A program made the position numbers and the translations under genes. DNA of 64,000 bases, taken from a bacterium. GTDB taxonomy: Bacteria > Patescibacteriota > Minisyncoccia > Phycocordibacterales > UBA1006. Below, in pieces: positions 10,492-19,802 of this stretch. Below the pieces are notes generated by a model, which saw nothing but the letters and a program-made list of their open reading frames with translations, did not search any database and was not told where the DNA came from. The stretch covers positions 12,352 through 76,351 of the forward strand of contig JAYVHO010000011.1 of the NCBI GenBank assembly GCA_043771175.1, written 5' to 3'. Position 1 is the first letter of the stretch. Each line of letters starts with the position of its first letter.

Positions 10492-11256
10492 CTATATTCT
10501 TGTTACCACCTCATTCCCCTTTTCCGTAATAATCACCGTATGTTCAAAGTGAGCAGCTGGTTTTTTATCTTGTGTTATTACCGTATATTCATCATTTTGA
10601 AAAATAATATCCTCGGTTCCCAGAGTTAATTGTGGTTCAATAGCAATTACCATTCCAGGAACCAACATGATACCTCTCCCCCTGCGGCCATAATTGGGAA
10701 TAAATGGATCCTCGTGAATATATCGCCCCACACCGTGGCCTACCAACTCGCGAACAATTCCGGTACGCTTATTTACAAATTTTTCAATAGCACAGCCAAT
10801 ATCGCCAACGGTATTTCCTGGTAACGCTTGCATGATTCCTACTTCTAGAGCTTCTGCGGTGATGTTCACCAAATCCCTAACGTCTTTAGTTGATTTTCCC
10901 ACAATGATAGTTCTGGCGTGGTCGGTATAGGTGCTTTTCCACAACACGCCACAATCTATAGAAACAACGTCTCCTTCTTTGATAATTCTTTCACCAGGAA
11001 TTCCATGAACAATTTGTTCATTAATAGAAACACAGAGAGTTTTTGGATATGGTTTTGAAACACCTTCTGGGGTATAACCTTTAAATGCAGGAACGGCGCC
11101 ATGCTTTAAAATTTCTGCCTCCGCCAAGACATCTAGTTCATTGGTAGTCATACCAACTTTGGTATTATCTATAACATATTGCACCACGTGTGCCAAAATC
11201 TTGCCTCCTTCTCGTATAGCATCTAATTCTTCTTTTGTTTTTATGATAATTTTCAT
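10492..11256 (-). CDS. map: Methionine aminopeptidase type I
   Basis: MetAP fold motifs (VVSIDCG, GHGVG, IAIEP, FEHTV); start at MKIIIKTKEELD. Confidence 0.93.
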   Translation of the reverse strand: MKIIIKTKEELDAIREGGKILAHVVQYVIDNTKVGMTTNELDVLAEAEILKHGAVPAFKGYTPEGVSKPYPKTLCVSINEQIVHGIPGERIIKEGDVVSIDCGVLWKSTYTDHARTIIVGKSTKDVRDLVNITAEALEVGIMQALPGNTVGDIGCAIEKFVNKRTGIVRELVGHGVGRYIHEDPFIPNYGRRGRGIMLVPGMVIAIEPQLTLGTEDIIFQNDEYTVITQDKKPAAHFEHTVIITEKGNEVVTRI

Positions 11257-11315
11257 GTATGCACTGTACCAATAAAGTGGGTTTTTAGCAATTGGAATAA
11301 AAGAAACTATCATAT

Positions 11316-12260
11316 TTAGGTTTTTATAGTGGTTATGGGACGAGATTGAAGTATATATAGAATCTCATCTTTTATAGCCCATTCAACATCACATGCATAA
11401 CCGCTCATAATCTCTATATCTTTAACCGCTTTGGCAATTGAAGTAATATTTTCTTTACTAAGTACTCTAGAATTTGCTATATTATACGGCAATTCAATCC
11501 ATTCACTTCCGCCTCCATCTTTCGGATAAACACTCTTGTTTTTATGGTTTATAACTTCTTCTATAATTTGAAAGTTATCCTTTAACAAACCATAACTATC
11601 TGGAGTTACCATTCCAGAGACAACAGATTCTCCAAGCCCATAATTTGCTTCAATAAGCATCATGTTTTCATCTTCACTTATTGGGTGAACAGAAAATGCG
11701 ACACCTGCCTTTTCTGCAAAAATCATATTTTGAATAATAACAGCAACAGCGATGTCACTACCAAAACCGCTCCTTAACCCATAATGAATAGCTCGAGGAC
11801 CATAGAGTGAAGCCCAACATAACTTTAATTTATTTAGAATGTCCCATCTTTCAACATTTAAAAAGCTTTCAAGTTGACCTGCCCACGCATGATCGAGGCC
11901 ATCCTCTACTGTGGCCGAAGACCTAACTGCAACATTACCCAACCCTAGGTATGAAAATTGAGACATTATTGATTCAGCTATCTCGTTTGGGATTTTTGAA
12001 TCCATAATTAGTTTTTTTATATCAAGGGAGGCAGATTCAAGTGTATGTGGAATATTTAAGTTGATAGTGTTTAAGATTGACTTTATTTTTTGTTTCAGAT
12101 CTAGTGATATCATAAAGTCCTTAAACGCTTCTGTAGTAACCACAATACCATCAGGAACATTGAAGTTATGTCGACATAAGCAGCTTAATGACGCAGCTTT
12201 TCCTCCTACTTTCTTAGAATCTTCTAAAGATAAGTGTCTTAATGTTTTGGCATAGTACAT
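11316..12260 (-). CDS. Stand-alone PpsA/PPDK N-terminal ATP-grasp (nucleotide-binding) domain protein
   Basis: VGGKAASL, VAVRSSATVEDG, WASLYGPRAIHY, DVEWA..LQSRPIT collinear with PEP synthase N-domain. Confidence 0.85.
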   Translation of the reverse strand: MYYAKTLRHLSLEDSKKVGGKAASLSCLCRHNFNVPDGIVVTTEAFKDFMISLDLKQKIKSILNTINLNIPHTLESASLDIKKLIMDSKIPNEIAESIMSQFSYLGLGNVAVRSSATVEDGLDHAWAGQLESFLNVERWDILNKLKLCWASLYGPRAIHYGLRSGFGSDIAVAVIIQNMIFAEKAGVAFSVHPISEDENMMLIEANYGLGESVVSGMVTPDSYGLLKDNFQIIEEVINHKNKSVYPKDGGGSEWIELPYNIANSRVLSKENITSIAKAVKDIEIMSGYACDVEWAIKDEILYILQSRPITTIKT

Positions 12261-12268
12261 ATTTTCTT

Positions 12269-12967
12269 TTATTTTGTTTGAATATCGGGTCTTGATTGAA
12301 GTACTGGCTTGTTGTCAACATACGTACGAGAAATCATTGGGTGAGCTTCATCGGTCGGTCCATTTTCTGAATCTGGATGATATGTAACAACCACCAGACG
12401 TGTTTTTGAATAAAATGCATGATCAATATTTTCCTCCATAATTAAAAACCCTCCGGTCCTAAGCTCGTATGATTCTCCTCCCACATCACAGGATCCTTCA
12501 CCCTCAATTACAATCGCGCAACGAAGAGAAGGGTGTGTGTGACTATGTTGATTTATTCCTGCAGGGAAATACATAACATTTAAACAAGGCAAACCCATCT
12601 TTGGAGGATGAATTGCGATAGAGTCTTTGGCACCATCAATATATTTCAATCTACCGTCGCTTTCGATAGGGCCATTTATTTGAAAAGGTATGTCTTCCTC
12701 AGAAAGAATTACCCAGGACTGTGCCAGCGTTGTTGTGTTTATAATATTTAAAGGAATTACTGCTGTGGAGTTTTTTGCAATTGCATACAGTCCAAATAAT
12801 GTTTCCACTGAACCAGACTCCAGGCTAATAATATAAGCTGATTTCCATCTTGTTTTTTTATATTCAGAAAAATCAAAATTTTCAACAATACCTAATATTA
12901 ATACTGGATGAACATTTTCGACGATTAATGCTTCATGTTTGCAGAGTGAATTAAAAAACTTATACAT
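12269..12967 (-). CDS. Cupin-fold protein
   Basis: NQHSHTHPSLRCAIVIEGEG and GGFLIMEENIDHAF match the two cupin motifs. Confidence 0.7.
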   Translation of the reverse strand: MYKFFNSLCKHEALIVENVHPVLILGIVENFDFSEYKKTRWKSAYIISLESGSVETLFGLYAIAKNSTAVIPLNIINTTTLAQSWVILSEEDIPFQINGPIESDGRLKYIDGAKDSIAIHPPKMGLPCLNVMYFPAGINQHSHTHPSLRCAIVIEGEGSCDVGGESYELRTGGFLIMEENIDHAFYSKTRLVVVTYHPDSENGPTDEAHPMISRTYVDNKPVLQSRPDIQTK

Positions 12968-12976
12968 ATCTTTACT

Positions 12977-13510
12977 TTAATTTAAAACGTATTGCCATTC
13001 TTGTTGCCACATCCATGGCTCAACAACTACTTCTTCAAGTGGCTTATTATTACAAATACATTCAAGTCCATATTGTGTTGCACGATGGCCCACAATTACG
13101 ATTGTGAGATTATCATATCGTTCTTTTAATCCAGCAAGAAAATCAGACATTCGATTCAAGCAATCGGTATAACTTTCACCGTGTGGGTATGGTGCGAGAA
13201 CTGACTCAAGACGTTTGTCTTCCATTTCTTTCTTGCTACATCCATTCATATCTCCATAATTACATTCTCGTAGTCGCCAATCCATAATAATAGGTACATG
13301 ATGTTCTTCGAAGGCTAAAAGACCGGTCATATACGATCGCTGATGGTCTGAACAAAATACTATATCAAATTTTCTTTCACTAAAATAGTGTTTAGTTTCT
13401 TGTGCTTGTGTAAGACCAAGATCTGATAGTGGCACATTATTCCAACCGGAAGCTATCTTGTTTTCGTTATCAAGGGTTGTTTTATGGGAAATAAAAGTAA
13501 TGTTTATCAT
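12977..13510 (-). CDS. Histidine phosphatase (PGAM) superfamily protein
   Basis: FISHKTT..SGW..PLS..G..QA, SDHQRS, ECNYGDMNG, GHRATQ; RHG motif reads SHK. Confidence 0.75.
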   Translation of the reverse strand: MINITFISHKTTLDNENKIASGWNNVPLSDLGLTQAQETKHYFSERKFDIVFCSDHQRSYMTGLLAFEEHHVPIIMDWRLRECNYGDMNGCSKKEMEDKRLESVLAPYPHGESYTDCLNRMSDFLAGLKERYDNLTIVIVGHRATQYGLECICNNKPLEEVVVEPWMWQQEWQYVLN

Positions 13511-13524
13511 AATAATAAAGGTAA

Positions 13525-13692
13525 TTAATTTATAATTATATGGCCGTTTGTAGCATCTAAGGTGATACGAACACCATCTGGAATGACTTTAGTTGCATGC
13601 AAAGTAGCAATCCCACATGGAATTCCAAACTCCCTACAAACAACTGAGGCATGACTTAGCATACCACCTTCTTCAGTAATTACACCCGCTGA
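13525..13692 (-). other. In-frame continuation after TGA encoding the phosphohistidine motif of the PEP-utiliser swivel domain
   Basis: Same frame as 13693..14940: SAGVITEEGGMLSHASVVCREFGIPCGIATLHATKVIPDGVRITLDATNGHIIIN, TAA at 13525. Confidence 0.8.
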
Positions 13693-14940
13693 TCACTGAA
13701 TTGCATCCATCAAATCAAAATCTGTACCTATTGCAATCATAATATCTCCATTCAAAACCCTTTTTGCGTCTTCTTTTGAAAGTACTATTCTTGCCAAACC
13801 AGAAACAACGCCCTTTGACGCACATGTTGTCTTGATGGTTGTGCGATGCTCATATTTTTGCATAGTTGGAAGCAATGTCTCCTGTATGCATAAATATTCT
13901 GATCTAATAAATACAATCCCTTGTTGTTTACGTTCATAAATTATTTGATGGGAAACAAAATTTTTATCAATCAATAATGTAAGTAGCTCTGAAAGTAAGT
14001 AAAAATTTAAATCTTCTCTTTTAATGTTTAATCTTTGTGAAATCGCATCAAATATTGTAAATTTTATTGCAACAATCTTTCCTAAACGTGCCTTATTGTA
14101 GTCACGAAATGTACCAACTTCTCTCATCAATATAATTAACTCTTTAAGTTTTTCGTCTAAAATTAAATCTATCGTATTGCTATCTTTTAATATATCTTGC
14201 TTTTCTAGACTTACATTACTCAATGACCTTTCCATTTTTTCTTTATAATAATCAAGACTATATGGGGATTCTCCATATGCACAATGCATCCCAGAATACT
14301 TTTTATAATGAGCATTCAAAAGAATACTATATTCATCAATGAGCATACCTTCTTTTATTTTTTTTATTATTACTTCAAAATCTTCTTCCTCCTTTTGAAA
14401 CTCGGTTTTTTCATCAGTTGTTATTAGTTGAGATAGTAAAGACTCGCCATACTTTTCATAATAACCTTCTTCCTTTAGTTTTTGATCAATTGCAGTATAC
14501 AGCGCTCGCTCTATTTGCACTAAATTAACTTGATAAAGTTCACCTAATACTTTATCTTGGATATCAATTAGGGTATTTACTAACTTTATGATTTCACATT
14601 CAAAAAAATTAATTTCATGAAAATCATCTTCAAGTTTGTTAATATGAGTTCTATCAACTTTCATCATTTCTCTTGTCTGTTCAATAATATATGGATCGCC
14701 CATTTTATATCTCTGTGCAACAAGTGTTTCTAAAAATTCCCACTCCGACTTTGGTGCGTACGATAAAACTATTCCATCTTTCCACTCCACCCTTGTATTT
14801 CTAAAGCGAATTGAATTTATTCTAGGTAAGTGTCGATTATAAAGATTGTGTATAAATTCTGCACCTAAAAGATGCTCGACTTTTCGCATATTTATTAACT
14901 TCCATTCATCTTGTTCAAGATTTTGCTTATCACGAATCAT
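13693..14940 (-). CDS. Unknown N-domain plus first half of PEP-utilising enzyme mobile (swivel) domain, interrupted by in-frame TGA
   Basis: C-terminus ASKGVVSGLARIV..GDIMIAIGTDFDLMDAIQ then TGA; domain continues in frame. Confidence 0.8.
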   Translation of the reverse strand: MIRDKQNLEQDEWKLINMRKVEHLLGAEFIHNLYNRHLPRINSIRFRNTRVEWKDGIVLSYAPKSEWEFLETLVAQRYKMGDPYIIEQTREMMKVDRTHINKLEDDFHEINFFECEIIKLVNTLIDIQDKVLGELYQVNLVQIERALYTAIDQKLKEEGYYEKYGESLLSQLITTDEKTEFQKEEEDFEVIIKKIKEGMLIDEYSILLNAHYKKYSGMHCAYGESPYSLDYYKEKMERSLSNVSLEKQDILKDSNTIDLILDEKLKELIILMREVGTFRDYNKARLGKIVAIKFTIFDAISQRLNIKREDLNFYLLSELLTLLIDKNFVSHQIIYERKQQGIVFIRSEYLCIQETLLPTMQKYEHRTTIKTTCASKGVVSGLARIVLSKEDAKRVLNGDIMIAIGTDFDLMDAIQ

Positions 14941-15046
14941 AACAGTTTCTAATTACTTACAAATATATACTACATCTATTGAATATTCTTACATATTGAC
15001 ATTTATCAATAAATATATATTATTATATTAAACAAATATTAAAATT

Positions 15047-15484
15047 ATGGAAACACTGAAAATCAGAAAACAAAAAAAGCTAAATAAGGACGCAATTCTA
15101 ACGAAGGTTGCAAAGTTTGTTAAGATAAATAGGCTCGTATTTCACAAAAAATTTGATTTCCCGAAAGTCGCCGATTGCGAAGCTTATATTGAGATTCTCG
15201 AATATTCAACTCGAACCTCAACAAATCAGGTACTTGCAGACATACATCGAAAAAAAATGATTCGACCTCAAATTTCGGATGTTTTTTTCTTTTTGCTTGA
15301 CTGTTGTGAAATATTAAACCCAGGAAGACGAATTGTCTTTTTACATGAATATTTCCCTTGGTCCGGCTTCATGTTTTATGCTGTTGTTTCAACAACAGAA
15401 AAAGAGACACGACTGGACTTGGTTTCTCCAGGAGAATATTGGACCGAAGATTTTACGTTCGCCGCTATTAAACAAAGTGTTTAA
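15047..15484 (+). CDS. Hypothetical protein (145 aa)
   Basis: Intact ORF 18 nt upstream of the nucleotidyltransferase gene; no domain recognised. Confidence 0.5.
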   Translation: METLKIRKQKKLNKDAILTKVAKFVKINRLVFHKKFDFPKVADCEAYIEILEYSTRTSTNQVLADIHRKKMIRPQISDVFFFLLDCCEILNPGRRIVFLHEYFPWSGFMFYAVVSTTEKETRLDLVSPGEYWTEDFTFAAIKQSV

Positions 15485-15502
15485 CTAAAAAACCTTAAAC
15501 AA

Positions 15503-16216
15503 ATGAAAAAAATACATATCGTTGCAGGAGGGAAAGGCGAAAGAATTGCAGATTATTGTGATGTAGTTGGAGTAAAGGTTAAACATTTACTCCCAGTAGC
15601 AAATACTAATCTTCTCCTTAATAATTGTCAGCAAGCACTCTCTTCTTTTAAACATATCGTTGTTTCTGCTAGTTCTCAAAACGTAGGTTATTTTGAAAAT
15701 TTTTTTTATACAGAAAAAAGATTTCATAAGCAAGTAAGTCTTAGTATAGATTATCAATTAACTGGTCCACTTGGTCCAATTGCAAGAGAAATGTTTCGAT
15801 CAAAAAGTAAAACATTATTTCTAGCAACTGGTGACGCATATGCAGATTTTGAATGGGAAAGTTTAATTAAGTTTCATCAGAAAGTAAAAACACCAGTCAC
15901 CTTACTAGCCGCTGCTTCTGTGTCTGTTCCAAACGGTGCCGTGTTTACAGTTAGAAATGACGGTCTAATAACTGACTGGGAAAGAAAACTGATAACCAAC
16001 GAAACAGATTTAATAAATATTGGTTATTATTGCATTAATAACGATAAAGAAGTTAAGCAAATATTTAAGAAAATGACCCAACACAAAGAGGACGACTTTT
16101 TTAAAGAACTTATTTCAAAAGAATTAGTTTCGGCATATGTAATTCCTAATGCATTTAACGTAAATACACTCGAAGCATACCGTGCGTTACAAGAGTATAT
16201 CCTTATGAAAAAATAA
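15503..16216 (+). CDS. Nucleotidyltransferase (NTP_transferase family)
   Basis: N-terminal IVAGGKGERI resembles the sugar-phosphate nucleotidyltransferase G-x-G-x-R loop. Confidence 0.7.
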   Translation: MKKIHIVAGGKGERIADYCDVVGVKVKHLLPVANTNLLLNNCQQALSSFKHIVVSASSQNVGYFENFFYTEKRFHKQVSLSIDYQLTGPLGPIAREMFRSKSKTLFLATGDAYADFEWESLIKFHQKVKTPVTLLAAASVSVPNGAVFTVRNDGLITDWERKLITNETDLINIGYYCINNDKEVKQIFKKMTQHKEDDFFKELISKELVSAYVIPNAFNVNTLEAYRALQEYILMKK

Positions 16217-16231
16217 TCCGTTTAATGTTTT

Positions 16232-16258
16232 AAAAAGCCTAATATTATTAGGCTTTTT
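16232..16258. terminator. Bidirectional intrinsic terminator
   Basis: AAAAAGCCTAAT-ATT-ATTAGGCTTTTT between convergent genes. Confidence 0.7.
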
Positions 16259-16261
16259 AAA

Positions 16262-16855
16262 TTAAAACAACGCTTCACAGATACTCGCAAATACCTCTTC
16301 AACCGATCCATTGCCATCTATTTCATGAAAATGGTATTTTCTATAATCTTTGAGCAGTGAAAGTGCTGGCATGGTGTTAGTGTCAAACCATTCCAATCTA
16401 TTTTTAATGTATTCATCGCTATCGTCACTACGTCCACGAGATTTCATTCTTTTAAAACATTCTTCTTTTGAAGAATTAATATACACTACATGAATATTAA
16501 ACCTCTCAAAAAACTGTAAGGCTTGCTCTGCCACTAACACCTCTTCGCTTCTTCTACAAAACCCATCCATAATTAAATCTGAATCCTTTTTACAATCCGT
16601 CATAAGCCGGTGAGTCCATGACCAAATTGGTAAACACGCCGGCATGAGTCTCCCCTTTTCGATATTAAACTTTACAAGGTGCCCACCATAGGTGTCCATT
16701 TTTGCAGCTTCGCGAAGTAGTTCACCAGTTTCTATGGTTACCACATGACGTGCACGTTTTTGTAAAAAATGTTTCATTAAAAGAGATTGAGTTCCCTTTC
16801 CTGAACCTGATCGTCCAAAAAGTAAAATAGTAAATGGCTCTTGTGGTGCATGCAT
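16262..16855 (-). CDS. adk: Adenylate kinase family protein
   Basis: P-loop GRSGSGKGTQ, position after secY; start at ATG 16855 behind TGCTATACT. Confidence 0.85.
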   Translation of the reverse strand: MHAPQEPFTILLFGRSGSGKGTQSLLMKHFLQKRARHVVTIETGELLREAAKMDTYGGHLVKFNIEKGRLMPACLPIWSWTHRLMTDCKKDSDLIMDGFCRRSEEVLVAEQALQFFERFNIHVVYINSSKEECFKRMKSRGRSDDSDEYIKNRLEWFDTNTMPALSLLKDYRKYHFHEIDGNGSVEEVFASICEALF

Positions 16856-16866
16856 ATATTGAATTA

Positions 16867-16875
16867 AGTATAGCA
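16867..16875 (-). promoter_or_regulatory. Extended -10 box TGCTATACT
   Basis: 11 nt before adk ATG, right after the secY terminator. Confidence 0.45.
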
Positions 16876-16905
16876 AACAAAAAACACCATTTAGGTGTTT
16901 TTTGT
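16874..16905 (-). terminator. Intrinsic terminator after secY
   Basis: AAACACC-TAAAT-GGTGTTT hairpin then TTTTGTTTG on minus strand. Confidence 0.6.
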
Positions 16906-16935
16906 TTTAGCTGGATCTCCGCTTGCGGCGAATGA

Positions 16936-18210
16936 CTATAGATTTCCAAGCTCCAAATATGCATCAACTTTCTTGATAACATCAGTGATTACGTTAACCG
17001 CAATCAAAACTGATGTTCCTCCAATTGCAAAGAGGGCCATATTGGTAGCGTTTTGTACAATAACGGGAAGTACTGCAATGATCCCCAAGAATACGGCACC
17101 GAATACCGTAATTCGAGTAAGCACCTTTCCAATATATTCTGCCGTGTCTTCTCCTGGGCGAACGCCTGGGATAAACGCACCATTCTTTTGAAGATTTTCT
17201 GACATCGCTTCTACATCAACGGTAACCGCCGTGTAAAAAAATGTAAAGATTACTACTAAAAGAAAATATACTACCGGATACCAAATTTCTGTTTGAGAAA
17301 AATTAGTAAACGCTGTTGAAATTTTATACAGTGTTCCTGTGGTTGAAGATCCAACAATTAATTTAAGAATAAATTGTGGGAACAACAATATTGCTGGAGC
17401 AAAGATAATAGGCATTACTCCTGTCATGTTGATACGAAGAGGAATGTAACTGGCAACTCCTCCAAACATGGTTCCACTGCGCACTGCTTTGGCGTACGTT
17501 ATAGGAATGGGACGTTCTGCTTCTGTTACATAGGTAATACCTGCAATAATAACAAGAAGGAGAAGGGTAATTCCAATATAAAGTGGTAACATTTCTGGAG
17601 AATAGGTTTGAACTGCTTGAGAAACAACTCGTGGAAGTGATGCAACAATACCGGCAAATACCAACATTGATGTTCCATTTCCAATTCCGTATTCGTTCAA
17701 GAGTTCTCCTATCCACATAATAAGCATTGAACCAGCTGCCACAATAAGCATGTTGGTCATCATTACCATGGGTGTTAAGTTTGGAATTACTCCTTGTTTT
17801 GAAAGAAGAAGTAATAATGCCAAACCTTGAAGTAGTGCAATAGGAACGGTTGCAAGACGAGTAAAACTATTGAATTTCTTTCGTCCAATACTTCCTTCTT
17901 CGTGATACATCTTTTTAAGTGATGGAATCATCACCGTCATAAGTTGTAAAATAATTGAAGCGGTAATATATGGCCCAACTCCAATCATTCCAAGAGAAAG
18001 GGTTGAAAGACCTCCTCCTGAAAAGATATTAAGAAGTCCGAGGAATTGATTCGCGTTCAAGAAGTTTTGAATTTGCGTGGTGTCAATTCCAGGAATTGGG
18101 ATATTTGAAAGAAACCGAAGAGCAAAGAAACCAATCAAAATAGCCAAGAGTTTTAAGAGAATCCTTCTATCTTGAAACATTGCGGTAATTTTTGCTATGG
18201 CTGTATTCAT
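16936..18210 (-). CDS. secY: Preprotein translocase subunit SecY
   Basis: 424 aa, 10-TM SecY pattern, position after rplO. Confidence 0.96.
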   Translation of the reverse strand: MNTAIAKITAMFQDRRILLKLLAILIGFFALRFLSNIPIPGIDTTQIQNFLNANQFLGLLNIFSGGGLSTLSLGMIGVGPYITASIILQLMTVMIPSLKKMYHEEGSIGRKKFNSFTRLATVPIALLQGLALLLLLSKQGVIPNLTPMVMMTNMLIVAAGSMLIMWIGELLNEYGIGNGTSMLVFAGIVASLPRVVSQAVQTYSPEMLPLYIGITLLLLVIIAGITYVTEAERPIPITYAKAVRSGTMFGGVASYIPLRINMTGVMPIIFAPAILLFPQFILKLIVGSSTTGTLYKISTAFTNFSQTEIWYPVVYFLLVVIFTFFYTAVTVDVEAMSENLQKNGAFIPGVRPGEDTAEYIGKVLTRITVFGAVFLGIIAVLPVIVQNATNMALFAIGGTSVLIAVNVITDVIKKVDAYLELGNL

Positions 18211-18222
18211 ATAATTTCTTAC

Positions 18223-18672
18223 TTATTCTGTAATAATACCAGAAGCAGCAATAATTGCATCATGTGCAGCTTTTGAGATTTCAATATCCTCAAACGTAAG
18301 TTTTTTGGTTATTGTTCCATATGAAAGGAGTTTTATAGACTTCGTACGAAGTTCTTTAAAACTAATGATTCCTTTTTCATACAAAGTGATTGGATTTACG
18401 GTTTCTCCGGCGTTGTAGAATCTTTCTACTGAAGAAAGGTTAACCGCATGAGGACGTGCACGGTAGGCGCTTTGACTTGAACGTCCATTGGTACTTTGAC
18501 CACGGAGCTTAGGCAATCGTTTAATAATGTCACGCATTTCTGGACGCATTTTTGCTCCAGCTCGGGCAGTTTGTCCTTTTCCTCCTCGTCCTGAAGTTTT
18601 ACCGCGCTTTCCTCCTCGTCCTACGCGTTTAGCGTCGATTTGGTTGGTTGATCGTTTAATGGTGTTTAACAT
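18223..18672 (-). CDS. rplO: 50S ribosomal protein L15
   Basis: GRGGKRGKTSGRGGKGQ motif; operon position. Confidence 0.94.
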   Translation of the reverse strand: MLNTIKRSTNQIDAKRVGRGGKRGKTSGRGGKGQTARAGAKMRPEMRDIIKRLPKLRGQSTNGRSSQSAYRARPHAVNLSSVERFYNAGETVNPITLYEKGIISFKELRTKSIKLLSYGTITKKLTFEDIEISKAAHDAIIAASGIITE

Positions 18673-18680
18673 ACATTGAC

Positions 18681-19430
18681 TTATCGGTTAGGGGAACGAC
18701 TGTCGCGCATTTGACGTCCTTTTGCTTCTTCATCTCCTTCTGTGTACGCGGTCATTTTTGGTGCTCCGCGACTGATAATGAAAGGCTCCAGAGCTTTAAT
18801 AGTTGCGCGAGCAATGTTAAGACTGTTCTTTGATGGTGAAATTACTTTTCCGGTAAGATCTTGGATTCCTGCGAATTCCATAACCGTACGAAGTGATGAT
18901 CCCGCCACTAGTCCACGTCCATAGTTTGGACGAAGCTCAATTCGTGCTGAGTTTGACTTAGCAGAAACTGAGTGTTCAATAGAATGTTCATTGGTAAGCT
19001 TAAGAGTAACCATGTTCTTTCGAGCATCGTTATACGCTTTATCAATAGCTAAAGCAGTATCTTGTCCTTTTCCAACTCCAACTCCCACTGATCCTTTTTT
19101 GTTTCCAATAATTAAGGTAATTGAGAAACTAAATCGGCGTCCTCCTTTTACTACACGAGTAACACGACGAGCTGAGATCATTTTTTGATCAAATTCAGGC
19201 TTAACTTTTTCACGAGTCATTTTGCCTTTTGCTCCTCTTTTATCGCCATCTTTAGAAATACGAGCGCGTCCTGCACCTGCTGATCCACGTGGACCACCTG
19301 ATTGTGGACGGCGGCCACCTGGTGCTTGCGCGCGAGGTGCTGAAGATTGTGCAGGGGCAGCTGATGTAACAGGAGCAACTGGTGCTGCCGCTACAACTTC
19401 TGCATTGTTTGTTGTTTGTGATTCTTCCAT
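18681..19430 (-). CDS. rpsE: 30S ribosomal protein S5 with long Ala/Pro/Gly/Arg-rich N-terminal extension
   Basis: RVTRVVKGGRRFSF core; start ATG 19430 one nt after rplR stop; only 8 nt to rplO, so no rpmD. Confidence 0.93.
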   Translation of the reverse strand: MEESQTTNNAEVVAAAPVAPVTSAAPAQSSAPRAQAPGGRRPQSGGPRGSAGAGRARISKDGDKRGAKGKMTREKVKPEFDQKMISARRVTRVVKGGRRFSFSITLIIGNKKGSVGVGVGKGQDTALAIDKAYNDARKNMVTLKLTNEHSIEHSVSAKSNSARIELRPNYGRGLVAGSSLRTVMEFAGIQDLTGKVISPSKNSLNIARATIKALEPFIISRGAPKMTAYTEGDEEAKGRQMRDSRSPNR

Positions 19431-19431
19431 A

Positions 19432-19785
19432 TTAGAATGCAAGTCCGTTTTCACGAGCTTTGTCTGCAAGGGTTGCTATTCGACCGGTGTATTTAAATCC
19501 ACCTCTGTCAAATGAAACAGAAGTAATGTTGGCTTTCTTTGCATTTTCAGCAATTAACTTTCCAACCAATTCTGCTCGTTGTAACTTGGTGAGTTTTTCA
19601 GTAATATTCATATCATTTGCTGCAGCCAAGGTAATATTTTTACTATCATCAATGATTTGCGCATAGATAAATTTGTTTGAACGGTAAACGCTCAGACGTG
19701 GGCGAGCAGGAGTTCCAATTACTTGTGAACGAATGCGGCCATGGCGACGAATACGCTTCTCGTTTTTTGTACTTTTTTGTGTCAT
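19432..19785 (-). CDS. rplR: 50S ribosomal protein L18
   Basis: RRHGRIR..RLSVYRSNK..YAQIIDD pattern. Confidence 0.94.
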   Translation of the reverse strand: MTQKSTKNEKRIRRHGRIRSQVIGTPARPRLSVYRSNKFIYAQIIDDSKNITLAAANDMNITEKLTKLQRAELVGKLIAENAKKANITSVSFDRGGFKYTGRIATLADKARENGLAF

Positions 19786-19802
19786 ATAAATTTACGAGAA
19801 GA

